DNA of 64,000 nucleotides from an uncultured Nitrososphaerota archaeon (lineage in GTDB: Archaea; Thermoproteota; Nitrososphaeria; Conexivisphaerales; DTJL01). Made by a program: the position numbers and the translations under genes. Below, in pieces: positions 48,581-58,646 of this stretch. The stretch is from the NCBI GenBank assembly GCA_963842885.1, contig CAWJIE010000004.1, positions 96,001-160,000 on the forward strand, written 5' to 3'. The notes under the pieces were generated by a model. That model was not told the DNA's origin, made no database searches, and saw only the letters and a list, made by a program, of their open reading frames with translations. How positions within the stretch are numbered: the stretch's first letter is position 1; every line of letters starts with the position of its first letter.

Positions 48581-51302
48581 TCACTGTTTGTTTGCTTCTT
48601 TGATGAGGCGAGTTATAAGGTCTCTCAGGGGCTGAGTAGTGGAGGGTATCTCGCCACCTCCCTGGGCCATCTTCGCCGAGCCGCCGCCGGAGCCGCCCAA
48701 GAGCTTGGAGGACTCCTTCACCAGCGTCGAGGCGTCCACGCCGGAAGCCCGGGCCTTCTCGCCGGCGAAGATGATGATCCGGCACCTCCCGTTGAGCCTG
48801 GCCACCCCTACGTAGACGACCTCAGGCCTCTTCTCGACGATCTGCTCTCCCATGGCGATGTGCGCCTGGTCATCGTAATAGTCCGCGTCCAGGAAGAGGA
48901 GCCTGATTCCTCCGATGTCCTCGGACAGATGGGCGATGTTGGCGGCCATCTGGGCGGAGAGCTCCTTCGAGATGCTCTTGTACCTCTTCTTGAGCTGGTC
49001 GTTTCCCTCCCTAAGCGAGCCCACAACGGAGACGATCTGCTCGGGCTGCGTCTGGAACTGCTCGGCGACGCCAAGGACCCTGGATTCCTGCTCCGCCATG
49101 TACTTCACGGCCGGCCCTCCGGCCACGAATTCGAGGCGCTCGACGCCGTCCTGCAGCCTCTCAGCCTTGAGAAGTTTGATGTAGCCCACGTCGCCCGTCC
49201 TGCTGCAGTGGGTCCCTCCGCACGCTTCGACGTCGAAGTCTCCTATCTTCTGAACACGAAGGTCCTTCGCTGGGATCACCCCTCCCTGGTAGAGCCTGAA
49301 GCCATACTTCTGCTCCGCCACGCTGCGTGGCAGGACCTGCAGGTCCACCAGGATGTTCTCGCGGACGACCTGGTTGGCGACTTCTTCGATCTTGAGCATC
49401 TCCTCTCGGGTGAGGTGGCTATGGTGGGTAATGTCAAGCCTTGCCTTGTCGATGTCCTTGTAGGCGGAATGCTGCCAGACCCATGGGCCGAGGACCTGCC
49501 GGGCGGCCCCGTTCACGATGTGTGTGGCGGTGTGGTGGCGCATCAGGATGCCCCTCCTCACCTGGTCGACCCTTCCGTGAACCATCTCGCCTTCTGCCGG
49601 GGCCTTCCCCTCGAGGACGTGGACGATGACGTCGCCGTATTTGATAACGTCGACAACCGGTATCCCGTCGATGGTGCCGAGGTCAGGCTCCTGCCCTCCC
49701 GATCGCGGGTAGAACGCCGTCTGGTCCAGCACGATGGCGTCGTCCCTCAAAGGCCCGGAGGACCTTTGCGTCGAAGTCGAAGAGTGACCTCTCTTCGTAG
49801 AAGAGGGGCCTGGTCCTGGGCAACCCTGTAGTGTCATAGAGGGGCTTCTCCTCCGCCTGCTTCTGGACGATGTGCCTCTCCGTGACCTTCATGTAGAAGT
49901 CGGAGGGGACCGTTATGGAGAGGCCGTTCTCCTTAAGGAGCTCGGGCGTGACCCCCTCGCTGTCGTAGAGGCGGATGAGATCTTCCAGCGACGGCGATTT
50001 CTTTGACTTCTGCAGCTGCTGAACAATGGAGGCGACGCGGGCCTTGCTGGCATCGTACCTCCTCTCTTCGACGCCGAATATCTGTTCCACTGAGCCGATG
50101 CCCTCGGCCAACTCCGGATACATGGGCTTCAAGAACTCGGCATGAAGCGAAGCCAGCTCCGCCAGCGTTATGTCCCAGCCGTACTCTTCGATGAAGTTCT
50201 GGGCCCTTCGGAACAGGACCCGGAGGTTGTACCCGCCGGCCACGTTGCTGGGGAGCGCTCCGTCGACTATGGCGAATAGCAGTGTCCTGCTGTGGTCCAA
50301 GAGCGAGAAGGCCGCCTCCAGTGGAGCGATCTGCGCTTCAAGTCCCTCGCCCGTAAGGCCCAGCTTCCTAGCGACGGCCTCCTTGGCGGCGATGGGGTTC
50401 TGCACCTCGGTGATGTCCAATGAGCCAGCGAGGGAATAGTACTCCGTCAATAGCTTCTGGTCTGGGCGTAGCCCCAGCCGCTTGATGAGATGGTCGTAGA
50501 CTGGGCCGAATACGGCTTCGTAGCTGGTGGGCGTCCCCCGGGTCATCCAGGTGAAACGATTCAGGCCCGCGCCCATGTCGACTATGGGGTGGGGCATCGT
50601 GACGTAGCTCTCGGGCGAGCCTTCGAATTCGGTGAAAACGGCGTTCCCGATTTCAAGGCCTCTCACGTAGTATTCCAGAGAATAGCCGAAGGCCCCATAG
50701 CCCAGCCAGACGTCCTCTACGAAGGTTATCTCCTTCTTGGGGACGCCGAAGGGTCCCGTGAGAAGCCCGTAGTCCAGCTCGATGGTCTTGTCCTTCCAGT
50801 ATCCCTGGGCGTTGTTCACGGCGTGCTGGCCCACCATGCAGAAGGAGGTGTAGTGGCGCCCGGTCACGCCCACATTCTCGATGTCGTTGAACCTCAGGCA
50901 CATCTGGGGGACGACGAGAGGGTTGGCGGGGAAGTCAAAGATTATCTTTCCGTTCTCGACCCTCTGGAAGTCGATTATGGAGGCGACTGTGAAGTAGAGG
51001 TCGGGCCTCCAGCGGGCCACGACGGGATACCTCTTCACGCTTGTGTGGCCACGATCGACGAAGTACTTCTCGATGGAAGCCCAGGCGGTGGTGTAGTCCT
51101 TTCTGACGCTAGTGGGCGGCCTGCCTATGAAAGTGTACCCTTCGCATTCGGGGCACAGAGAGGCGTCGCTGGCCGTCCAGATGAACTTGCCACAGTTGGT
51201 GCATTGTCTGCGAACGAAGCCCTCCTGGCCGAACAGGGCGACCTTGTAGTACCGGGCGTAGTCCTCGGAGAACTTGCGGCGGAGCACGTCCTTGGATGCC
51301 AA
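48581..51302 (-). CDS. alaS: Alanine--tRNA ligase (frameshift near 49750)
   Basis: RYPVVARWR, TGRHYTSF, DMGAGL, GGYNLR; editing HTATH..CGGTH, GSGGG. Confidence 0.96.
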
Positions 51303-51376
51303 TGAGACGCTGAACTCCTGTTACGGGAGGCATGTGGAAGATGTGTTTTTAAAAGGTTTGATGAATCGGGACTAGA

Positions 51377-51542
51377 AACCGGGCCTCTCCCTGTTTGCAC
51401 AGGTTCTCGCGAACCGAAGGTGAGGAGCGTTGGCTGGCCGCCGCAGGCAGTCAAGACTTATTACTGCGGGAGGGGGATGTTCGGCTCTGGCGGGTGGTGG
51501 GGCCTCCCACCGTTCCGCTGAAGAAATCCCGGTTGGGAGGAG
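51377..51542 (+). promoter_or_regulatory. Structured 5' leader, riboswitch candidate, upstream of queT
   Basis: Closed multibranch fold (AACCGGG/CCCGGTT) ending at the SD; anti-SD CCTCCCA at 51503-51509; TATA TTTTAAAA at ~51347. Confidence 0.6.
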
Positions 51543-51550
51543 AATTGAGT

Positions 51551-52066
51551 GTGGACACTAAGATAGCGATGGGGGAACTCAGCAAGAGTCGTGCGGAGCT
51601 GCTGGCGCAGACCGCGCTTATTGCTGCCGTCTATGGCATTGGGACCTACGCGATCGCGCCGATCGCCTACGGCCCCATTCAGGTGCGCATTACGGACGCA
51701 TTGCTGCCAATCTCATGGAATAGAAGGGTAGGCTTTGCTGGAGTGCTGGGGGTGACATTGGGAGTGGTGATATCCAACCTCATATCGCCGTATGGATTGC
51801 CCGACATAGTCATCGGGACCGCCGCCAATCTCTTCGTGGGCCTCATTGCCTACTTGCTGGGGAGGTGGCAGTCCAAGGGTTCCCTGGTCGTGGCCGCCCT
51901 CCAGGCGAGCGTGATAGTGGCGTTTTTCATAGGCGTCCTGTTGATGGCTTTGGTTTATTCCTCCAACCCTATCACAAGTTTCGCCACAATGTTGGTGGGC
52001 GAACTGGTGGCCTGCGTGGGATTGGGGGTGCCCGTCATGCTGGCTATCAAGACCCGCTATCGTTGA
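51551..52066 (+). CDS. queT: QueT-family transporter (ECF S-component for 7-deazaguanine precursors)
   Basis: ALIAAVY, PIAYGPIQVRITDAL, GVTLGVVISNLISPYGLPDIVIG; SD GGGAGGAG 8 nt before GTG. Confidence 0.88.
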   Translation: MDTKIAMGELSKSRAELLAQTALIAAVYGIGTYAIAPIAYGPIQVRITDALLPISWNRRVGFAGVLGVTLGVVISNLISPYGLPDIVIGTAANLFVGLIAYLLGRWQSKGSLVVAALQASVIVAFFIGVLLMALVYSSNPITSFATMLVGELVACVGLGVPVMLAIKTRYR

Positions 52067-52074
52067 CCCGCTCG

Positions 52075-52133
52075 TCAGTCGGGAGGTGCCGCCACTAGCT
52101 TCCTATAGTTACCGTTCCGCGGAATTTCATCAC
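52075..52133 (-). ncRNA. Candidate box C/D sRNA
   Basis: GTGATGA...CTGA spanning 59 nt in the intergenic gap after nre; internal C'/D' boxes weak. Confidence 0.35.
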
Positions 52134-52165
52134 AAATGAGATGTGGGGCTCTCATAATAGGCCTT

Positions 52166-53452
52166 TCAGCTCGCGGACCTGAAGAAGTCTTCAAGCCTCG
52201 TCTGGTGAAGGAAGTGCGGGATGAGCCGAGATGCTTCGACCCATCTCTGGATAGGTATCGAGAGTTCAGCGGAGGCCAGACGAAGCGCTTGGCCGAGGTC
52301 GTCCGCCTCGGTGGGAGGCCGCCGCAGGGCTTTGCGCGCGATTTCGCGGAACCGCCAGACGCCCAGGGGAATCCATTCGGGATGCACCTCCATGAGAACC
52401 AGCGCGCCGGCCTGTCTCCTTGTGCTCGCGAGGTATTCCAAGACCGGCAGCCTTGCCGCATGATATGCTCCCGCCAGATTGGTTGGGTAGGTCTTCCTTC
52501 CCGACGTCAGCTCGTAGTCAGAGTACACCTTCGAGTCGGCCGTCAGCCAACCCTCAAGGCCTTCGAACATCCAAGGGGATGGCAGGAGCACCACGCACAC
52601 GGTATTCCCCAAGGCCCTGTGGCTGAAGAAGCTGTAACCGCTGACCTCCGCGAAGTCAAGGACCTTGTCGATGAGCCCCCTTCCGAGGATGTCATCGACG
52701 GCCGTAATGCTCCATTCCGTCGGGACCAGCCTCCTGTGCTTCTTGACGCCGAGCAGGCCTATGCTGAGCAGCTTCGTGATCTGGCTCTGCCTCACGCCCC
52801 CAAAGAAGAGGTCCGGGATGGCTTCGGCCGCCCTGAAATCGGTGTCTCCTACCACCTTCTCCACCCTTAGCGAGACGGAGGGGTTCTCGGCCACTCTGAC
52901 GCTGACGAGCGGCGCTGAAGGCCCGTTGGGGGGGCTCCTCGAATTGAACACCTCGCTGAGGACCGGCCTCTTCCCCAAGACGGCCTCCACATCGGTGGGC
53001 TTCGAGGCCATGATGATCTCCTGGGTTGCAGAGAGGATGCGGGAGGGGTCGACGGCCTCCCCGACGTCCATTGTGTACTTGCCTCTCACGAGGCTCAGGC
53101 GGTAACGCAGAATCTCATCAAATCCCTTGTCCACCCATCTCTCCGGCATGTCCATCAGCGTGGTGTCCTCGTGCGGGAGAGGGGGGACAAGGGGACCAGC
53201 CAGCACCTTGGGATAGCCATGCTCTCCTACGAAGACCGAAGGTGGCGACGCGCCGAAGACCCTGTCGATGTTCTCGAGGCGGGCCGCCGATCTGAAGGCC
53301 TTGAGCTTGGCAATGTAGGGACATCGTTCTTCTCGACACAGGGAGGAGAACCCATGGCAGACCGGGCATCTTGCCTCCCTGCGCCGCTCCCCCCTCTGCA
53401 CCTCTACGAAACGAAGCTGTCTCATGTTATCCCCAGTAACGGACCCTGCCAC
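52166..53452 (-). CDS. nreA: Nre family DNA repair protein
   Basis: N-terminal Cys cluster, SPPSVFVG..GYPKV, LVPTEWSITAVD, PLGVWRFRE; PIP box QTRLEDFF. Confidence 0.93.
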   Translation of the reverse strand: MAGSVTGDNMRQLRFVEVQRGERRREARCPVCHGFSSLCREERCPYIAKLKAFRSAARLENIDRVFGASPPSVFVGEHGYPKVLAGPLVPPLPHEDTTLMDMPERWVDKGFDEILRYRLSLVRGKYTMDVGEAVDPSRILSATQEIIMASKPTDVEAVLGKRPVLSEVFNSRSPPNGPSAPLVSVRVAENPSVSLRVEKVVGDTDFRAAEAIPDLFFGGVRQSQITKLLSIGLLGVKKHRRLVPTEWSITAVDDILGRGLIDKVLDFAEVSGYSFFSHRALGNTVCVVLLPSPWMFEGLEGWLTADSKVYSDYELTSGRKTYPTNLAGAYHAARLPVLEYLASTRRQAGALVLMEVHPEWIPLGVWRFREIARKALRRPPTEADDLGQALRLASAELSIPIQRWVEASRLIPHFLHQTRLEDFFRSAS

Positions 53453-53465
53453 AGACGAACGGCGT

Positions 53466-54458
53466 CTAGGAAAGCAGTCTGATTACGGCCTTCTTAACCT
53501 TCTCTTTGTACTGTTCCAGCTCTAGCGCCGACATCTTCCCCCTTTCCGTAGGGAAGCCAGCCGCAAAGTCGTGACCTCCCCCACCGAAAAGCTCTGCGAT
53601 CTTCCTGCAGCTGACATCCTCCACGGTCCTCCTGACACTTCCTTCGCCTGAGTCGCTGAGGCCTATGGAGACGTCGGCCTTGAATTGATCCAGCACGATC
53701 AGCGAGGCCTGCGTCCCCGAGAAGATGGCGGGGAACCGGAATAGGACGACGGAGTGCTTGCCGGCCTGGAAGACTTCGGAATCGGCCAGAATCTTCTTCC
53801 TCTCCTTCGTCTTCAGTGCCTCATACTCCTCGATGAAACCGTTCTGATAGGGCTCCACGATTCCGTCTTCGTCCGCTTCGATCCGTGGGAAGGCCAGCTG
53901 TAGGACTATTTGGAGGAGCCTCGGGGCGATTATCGTGCGCTTGTCCAAGTAGTTGGAGTAGTCTATCATGGCCATCAGCTTGGAGGTGACGCCGTATTTC
54001 AGCTCGAGGAGGTCCGAATCGCGTCCGAGCTTGGAGAGCAGGAGGGCGTGAGCGTCGTCGAGCCCGTTTCGGACGAACAGGTTCTGGTAGGTGATTTCCG
54101 ACGCCACAGTGGAGCTGGCACGGAGGTCGAGGAAGTCCACGACGCCCGAAAGGGAAGACCTGATCGCCTCGGTGGAAGGGTGGTGGTCGAACCACGATAT
54201 TTCATTGTTCCAAGACTTCAACGTCCGGAATTTCTCGAGTATGGGTTCGAGGTTGGGGAGATTGGTCGAAAGGTCGGTTATGAGGAACTTGCTATTCTGA
54301 AGCTCCAGGAACTTCTCCTCGACGACGGGGTCTTCGTCGGTGTAGTCTTTGAGCGAGATGACGTACGGCTGACGCTTGTGCTTGGCGACGAACCGAAGAG
54401 ACAGCGCGGCCGACGCAAGGCCGTCCAGGTCCTTCCGATGCGAAATGATGACGTACAT
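53466..54458 (-). CDS. DHH/DHHA1 family phosphoesterase
   Basis: DLDG, TDL, FDHH, GGGGHDFAAG. Confidence 0.9.
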   Translation of the reverse strand: MYVIISHRKDLDGLASAALSLRFVAKHKRQPYVISLKDYTDEDPVVEEKFLELQNSKFLITDLSTNLPNLEPILEKFRTLKSWNNEISWFDHHPSTEAIRSSLSGVVDFLDLRASSTVASEITYQNLFVRNGLDDAHALLLSKLGRDSDLLELKYGVTSKLMAMIDYSNYLDKRTIIAPRLLQIVLQLAFPRIEADEDGIVEPYQNGFIEEYEALKTKERKKILADSEVFQAGKHSVVLFRFPAIFSGTQASLIVLDQFKADVSIGLSDSGEGSVRRTVEDVSCRKIAELFGGGGHDFAAGFPTERGKMSALELEQYKEKVKKAVIRLLS

Positions 54459-54591
54459 TGTTCAGCAGAAGGTGTTAGCCAATAACCTCAGATAAACATA
54501 ATCTCTAAACGGAAAACCTAGCTGACGGAAAGGGCATCCTCCCGTCTCTAAACCTTATATCGTCCACGGAGAAGAAAGAGAGAGTAGCTCG

Positions 54592-55623
54592 ATGAGTTCG
54601 TCCGTTTCTAGGGAGGCCGAGTTCGTGAGGTATCCGTTCATTCCGGGAGTCGAATCGTACCTCAGGGACTCGGGCTTCTCCATCGACGACATCGCGGACC
54701 CCAAGACCATCAGCAGGGCACAGGATATCCTTTCCAGGGCCGAGGAGAGGATCCTGGAGGCCCTGGAGAAGAAGCCTAGCGAGATTCGGTACGAAGACAG
54801 GTTCGTCGAAATCTTCAGTTTCATTGTTGCCATGATCATGGTGAAAGCCACCTCGAGCACCTTCCTGGAGAGGGTCTTCGCCCGATCGGAGGGGACCAGG
54901 TCCAGGGAGGCCTTCAGAGAGGAGGAGGTGGGCGCGATGTGCAACCTGATGAACGGGCTCTTCGACCTAAGGATGGAGACCGTGGAGAAGCTTCCGTGGA
55001 GGGCAACGGAAGAGGCGAGGATGAAGCTGCAGATGAGGGTGCCCGCCGAGAGGTACCTCAGTGTCATGGCCACCCTGCAGCTCTTGGACAATCCTCGGTT
55101 CGCCTTGGTGAACAACACGCTGTACTTAGGGTACATCTATCTGTCCAAGGAGAGGCTCGTCGACATCGTTCAGGACCAGTTCTCGCTCTTCATCTTCCAG
55201 CGCTTCAAGAAGATGGAGAAGCCGGTGAGGCTTCCACCGGCGATGCAGGAGATCGTGGAGAGGTTGTCTCTTAGGCTCCCCAAGCCCAGACCCTACCAGG
55301 ACTCCGGACAGTACAGGTACATCGAGAAGATCCTCGAGAGCCCGATCATGGATGGCAGGCACCGCATCCTCTGGCTCATCCTTCCTCCCTATCTCATCAA
55401 CGTGAAGAAGGTCTCGGACGAAGAGGCCTTCGATACAATCATGAAGTACATGCAGAAGTGCGGCTGGCACGAGACCAACGCCGAAAGGCTCGTGAGGTAC
55501 AACATCAACAGGGCGAAGAGGATCGGCTTGAAGCCCCCTAGGTTGGAGAGGCTGGCTGAGACGAACCCAGGCCTCTACAAGACCATCTTGGACGCCATCG
55601 CCAAGACCGAGAAGACCATCTGA
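54592..55623 (+). CDS. priL: Primase large-subunit N-terminal domain fused to a PriX-type C-terminal domain
   Basis: RYPF, EIFSF, LVNN.L..GYIYL (PriL-NTD); YIEKILE.PI.DGRHR.LWLILPPYLINVK..SDEEA (PriX); only two Cys. Confidence 0.8.
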   Translation: MSSSVSREAEFVRYPFIPGVESYLRDSGFSIDDIADPKTISRAQDILSRAEERILEALEKKPSEIRYEDRFVEIFSFIVAMIMVKATSSTFLERVFARSEGTRSREAFREEEVGAMCNLMNGLFDLRMETVEKLPWRATEEARMKLQMRVPAERYLSVMATLQLLDNPRFALVNNTLYLGYIYLSKERLVDIVQDQFSLFIFQRFKKMEKPVRLPPAMQEIVERLSLRLPKPRPYQDSGQYRYIEKILESPIMDGRHRILWLILPPYLINVKKVSDEEAFDTIMKYMQKCGWHETNAERLVRYNINRAKRIGLKPPRLERLAETNPGLYKTILDAIAKTEKTI

Positions 55624-55696
55624 TACCTCAGGGCATCCTTTACGAAGCGACCCCAACTTTATATCAATAGGAGGGAAGCCCAATGGCTGAGAGTCC

Positions 55697-56062
55697 TTGG
55701 CGGAGGAGTTCGAATTCAAACAGGTGATGGCGGTGAGGACGGACATCTCCATGGGCAAGGGTAAGTTGGCTGCACAGGTGGCCCATGCGGCCGTCGCCGC
55801 GTCGAGAGACACCGAACGGAAGAAGCCGAAGTGGTTCAAGGGGTGGTGGGCTGAGGGGCAGGCGAAGATCGTGGTCAAGGTGGGGAGCGAATCTGAACTG
55901 GAAGACCTTCGGCGGACGGCCGAGGAGCTGGGCCTTCCCACGGCCATGGTGGTGGATCGCGGTCTGACTCAAATCGCGCCCAACACGACCACCTGCCTGG
56001 GCATCGGCCCAGGTCCAGCCGAGCTCATCGACCGCGTTACGGGCGACCTCAAGCTGCTCTAG
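55697..56062 (+). CDS. pth2: Peptidyl-tRNA hydrolase Pth2
   Basis: MGKGKLAAQVAHA, DRGLTQI, GIGPGP, TGDLKLL. Confidence 0.96.
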   Translation: MAEEFEFKQVMAVRTDISMGKGKLAAQVAHAAVAASRDTERKKPKWFKGWWAEGQAKIVVKVGSESELEDLRRTAEELGLPTAMVVDRGLTQIAPNTTTCLGIGPGPAELIDRVTGDLKLL

Positions 56063-56068
56063 GCCGGC

Positions 56069-57218
56069 GTGAAAGCCATGAAGACCACAGTCCTAGAGGA
56101 ATTGGACATTGGCATCGGGGAATACGCCACCTCTGGGAAGGGGCTCGGAGGGAGGACAAAGACTGTCCCCGAAGACTTCGTGGTATCAGAGGTCCTCATG
56201 GATGATTCGAAGAAGCTCATAGTGAAGAAAGGGTCGGAGGGATACCCCCTCTACGTGCTCTGCAAGTGGAACTCAGGCACCATCGAAGCCCGTGAGAGGG
56301 TGCAGTGGACCACCGGCATCGCGATGAACTCCCTCGGCCTGAAGGACAAGAGGGCCCTGACGTATCAGTTCCTTTCAGGCAGGAAGAAAGCGGAGGCCCC
56401 GCCCGGACTTGTCGAGGAGGCGGCGTTCAGGGCTCTCACTGGTGGCCGAGACTGTCAGACCGCTGAAGAAGGTGGACCTGCTGGGCAACTTCTTCAGGAT
56501 CAGGGTCCACTCGTTCGGCGGGGACCCGTCGGACGTGAAGGAGATTGGATCGCTTCTCGACGCGTGCAGACTCCCCAACTTCTTCGGCTCGCAGCGGTTC
56601 GGAAGGGACAAGCCGAACCAGAAGGTCGGAGGAGCCATCGTGAAGAGGAGGTTCTCGGAGGCGGCGGAGATTCTGCTAGAGAAGGGGATGCCCGAAGCAG
56701 ACGCGGTTCTCGCACTGCGAAAGGTCCCCTTGAGCCTGAGGCGTCTACTGGTCCAGTCATACCAGTCCTACCTCTACAACAGGATGCTCAGCAAGGTCTT
56801 GGAACGGAGCGGCTCGCTTTCCGAGGAATCCGCGATGTACATCCTGAAGGGCAGAGACGTCCCCGTCGTTCTCGAAAGGTATCTCAGGGATCCGTCGGAA
56901 GCGATGGCTGGTTTCATCCCTGTGCCGCTCGGCCAGCTTCCCGGCTTCGCATTCAGGAACAGGCATGACCCGTACTCCATCGCCATGGCCGACGTTCTGG
57001 AGGAGGAGGGGCTCACGCCCAGGGACTTCTTCATCAAGGAGATGCAGGAGCTCAGCTTGGAGGGTGGATACCGGCCTGCCCCCATCGTAGGGTGGTTCAA
57101 GGGCTGCCGCGTTGAGGACTACGCCGAAATCCGGTTCGGGCTGTACAGCGGTTGCTACGCCACCGTCTTCCTGCGGGAGCTGATGAAGCCCCAGGACCCG
57201 ACGTCGTCAGGCCTTTGA
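56069..57218 (+). CDS. truD: tRNA pseudouridine(13) synthase (frameshift near 56435)
   Basis: PEDFVVSE, GLKDKRALTYQ, GNFFRI, PNFFGSQRFG, SYQSYLYN, GCYATVFLRE. Confidence 0.93.
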
Positions 57219-58594
57219 ACTTTTATCCAAGCCTGCCCGCTCGACCAGGGAGGAGGCCCTCCTTCTCGCTTCGCCGATGACCTTCTCTTCGTCCAAAGTT
57301 GTGACCTTCCTGTTCAGCATCAGGGCTCGTCCGTCCACGAAGACGTGGGAGACGTCCTGCCCGGTGGCTGAATACACGACGTTCGACAAGGGATTTAGCG
57401 ACGGTGTTAGATGAGGGCTGTCCAGGTCCAGGATGATGAAGTCCGCCCTGTACCCCGACTCGACACGGCCCACGACGCCTTCAAGACCCATCGACCTGTA
57501 TCCGTTAGTGACGGCCATCCTGAGGGCATCGCTGTAGCCCAAGGCCCTCGGGTCTCGCATAGCCACCTTCTGGAGGAGGGCGGCCAACTTGCATTCCCTC
57601 AGCATGTCGTAGGTGTCGTTGCTGGGCCCTCCGTCTGTGCCAAGGGCTACGTTGGCGCCTGCCTTGAGCATCTTCACCACAGGAGCGATCCCCGAGCCCA
57701 GCTTCATGTTCGAGGAGGGGTTGTGGGATATCGTGCTCCCTCTTTTTGCGAACTCCTTGATGTCGGCGTCGGAAAGCCAGACGCAGTGCACGTATACCGT
57801 CTTGTTCCTCAGAAGCCCCATCTTCCCGAGGAACTTGGCAGGCGTCGTGCCCCTCTCTTTGAAGTAGGCCACGTCGTCCTGGATCTCCGCGAGATGCATG
57901 GTCAGGCCGGAGTCGTATTCATCGAGGACTGAAGCCATCTCCTTGAACAGGGAGTCGCTGCAGGCGCCAGGAGTCCGAGGGGAAAGCCAAATCCAGAGCC
58001 TTCCGTCTTTGCCGTCCCAACGCCTGACGGAGCCCCCTGAAAGATTTGAGAGAAGCCTCCTTGCCCTCCTGCAGGCTGGCCGGGAGGGCCTCCTTCTTGG
58101 AAGCGTAGCCTGGGATGTCCATAATCTGCCTTCCCAGGGCGGCCCTGACGCCCGAAGCGTGGACGGCTTCGGCCACCTTTTCTGGCCCGTACCTACCGTT
58201 GACGGAGGTGGCGATGAAAGCAGTGGTGCCGGCCTTTATCATCTCGAGCAATGTAAGCTCGGCGCTGACGCGGCCGTCCTCTCCTTCGAAGCTCCCCTGC
58301 AGAGGCCAGACCCATCGCGTCAGCCAGTCAAGAAGGGTGACATCATCCGGGACTGAGCTCCTGAGAAGAGATTGTGCCAGATGGACGTGCGTGTTGACGA
58401 GGCCGGGCATGACGAGCTTGTTGTGGCCGTCGATGGTGACGTCAGGATGCACGGCGAGAGGCCTGACCTCTTCGGGCTTTCCGACCTTTATGAAACGACC
58501 GTCCTCGACGTAGACCGAGGCGGACTTGAAAAGGCGGAACCTGCTGATCGAAGGTGGCGACGGAGGCGTCTCTTACGAAGATACTCCCAGTCAA
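57207..58594 (-). CDS. Amidohydrolase-family deaminase (MTA/SAH or purine deaminase-like), frameshifted
   Basis: MPGLVNTHVH, HLAE, HCVWL, HNPSSNMKLGSG, LGTDG..SND. Confidence 0.88.
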
Positions 58595-58646
58595 ATCATC
58601 AGTCGCAGGAGTGACCACACGCCCCTGTCGGTATTAAGACCTTCTT

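Noticed and set aside
48581-51302. Naturally split AlaRS (alpha/beta subunits)
   Set aside because: The two ORFs overlap and join by a single-base shift near 49750 with continuous homology; there is no separate start signal.
51395-51550. N-terminal extension of QueT given by the ORF track
   Set aside because: No QueT-like character; a strong SD precedes GTG 51551, and the region is better explained as a structured leader.
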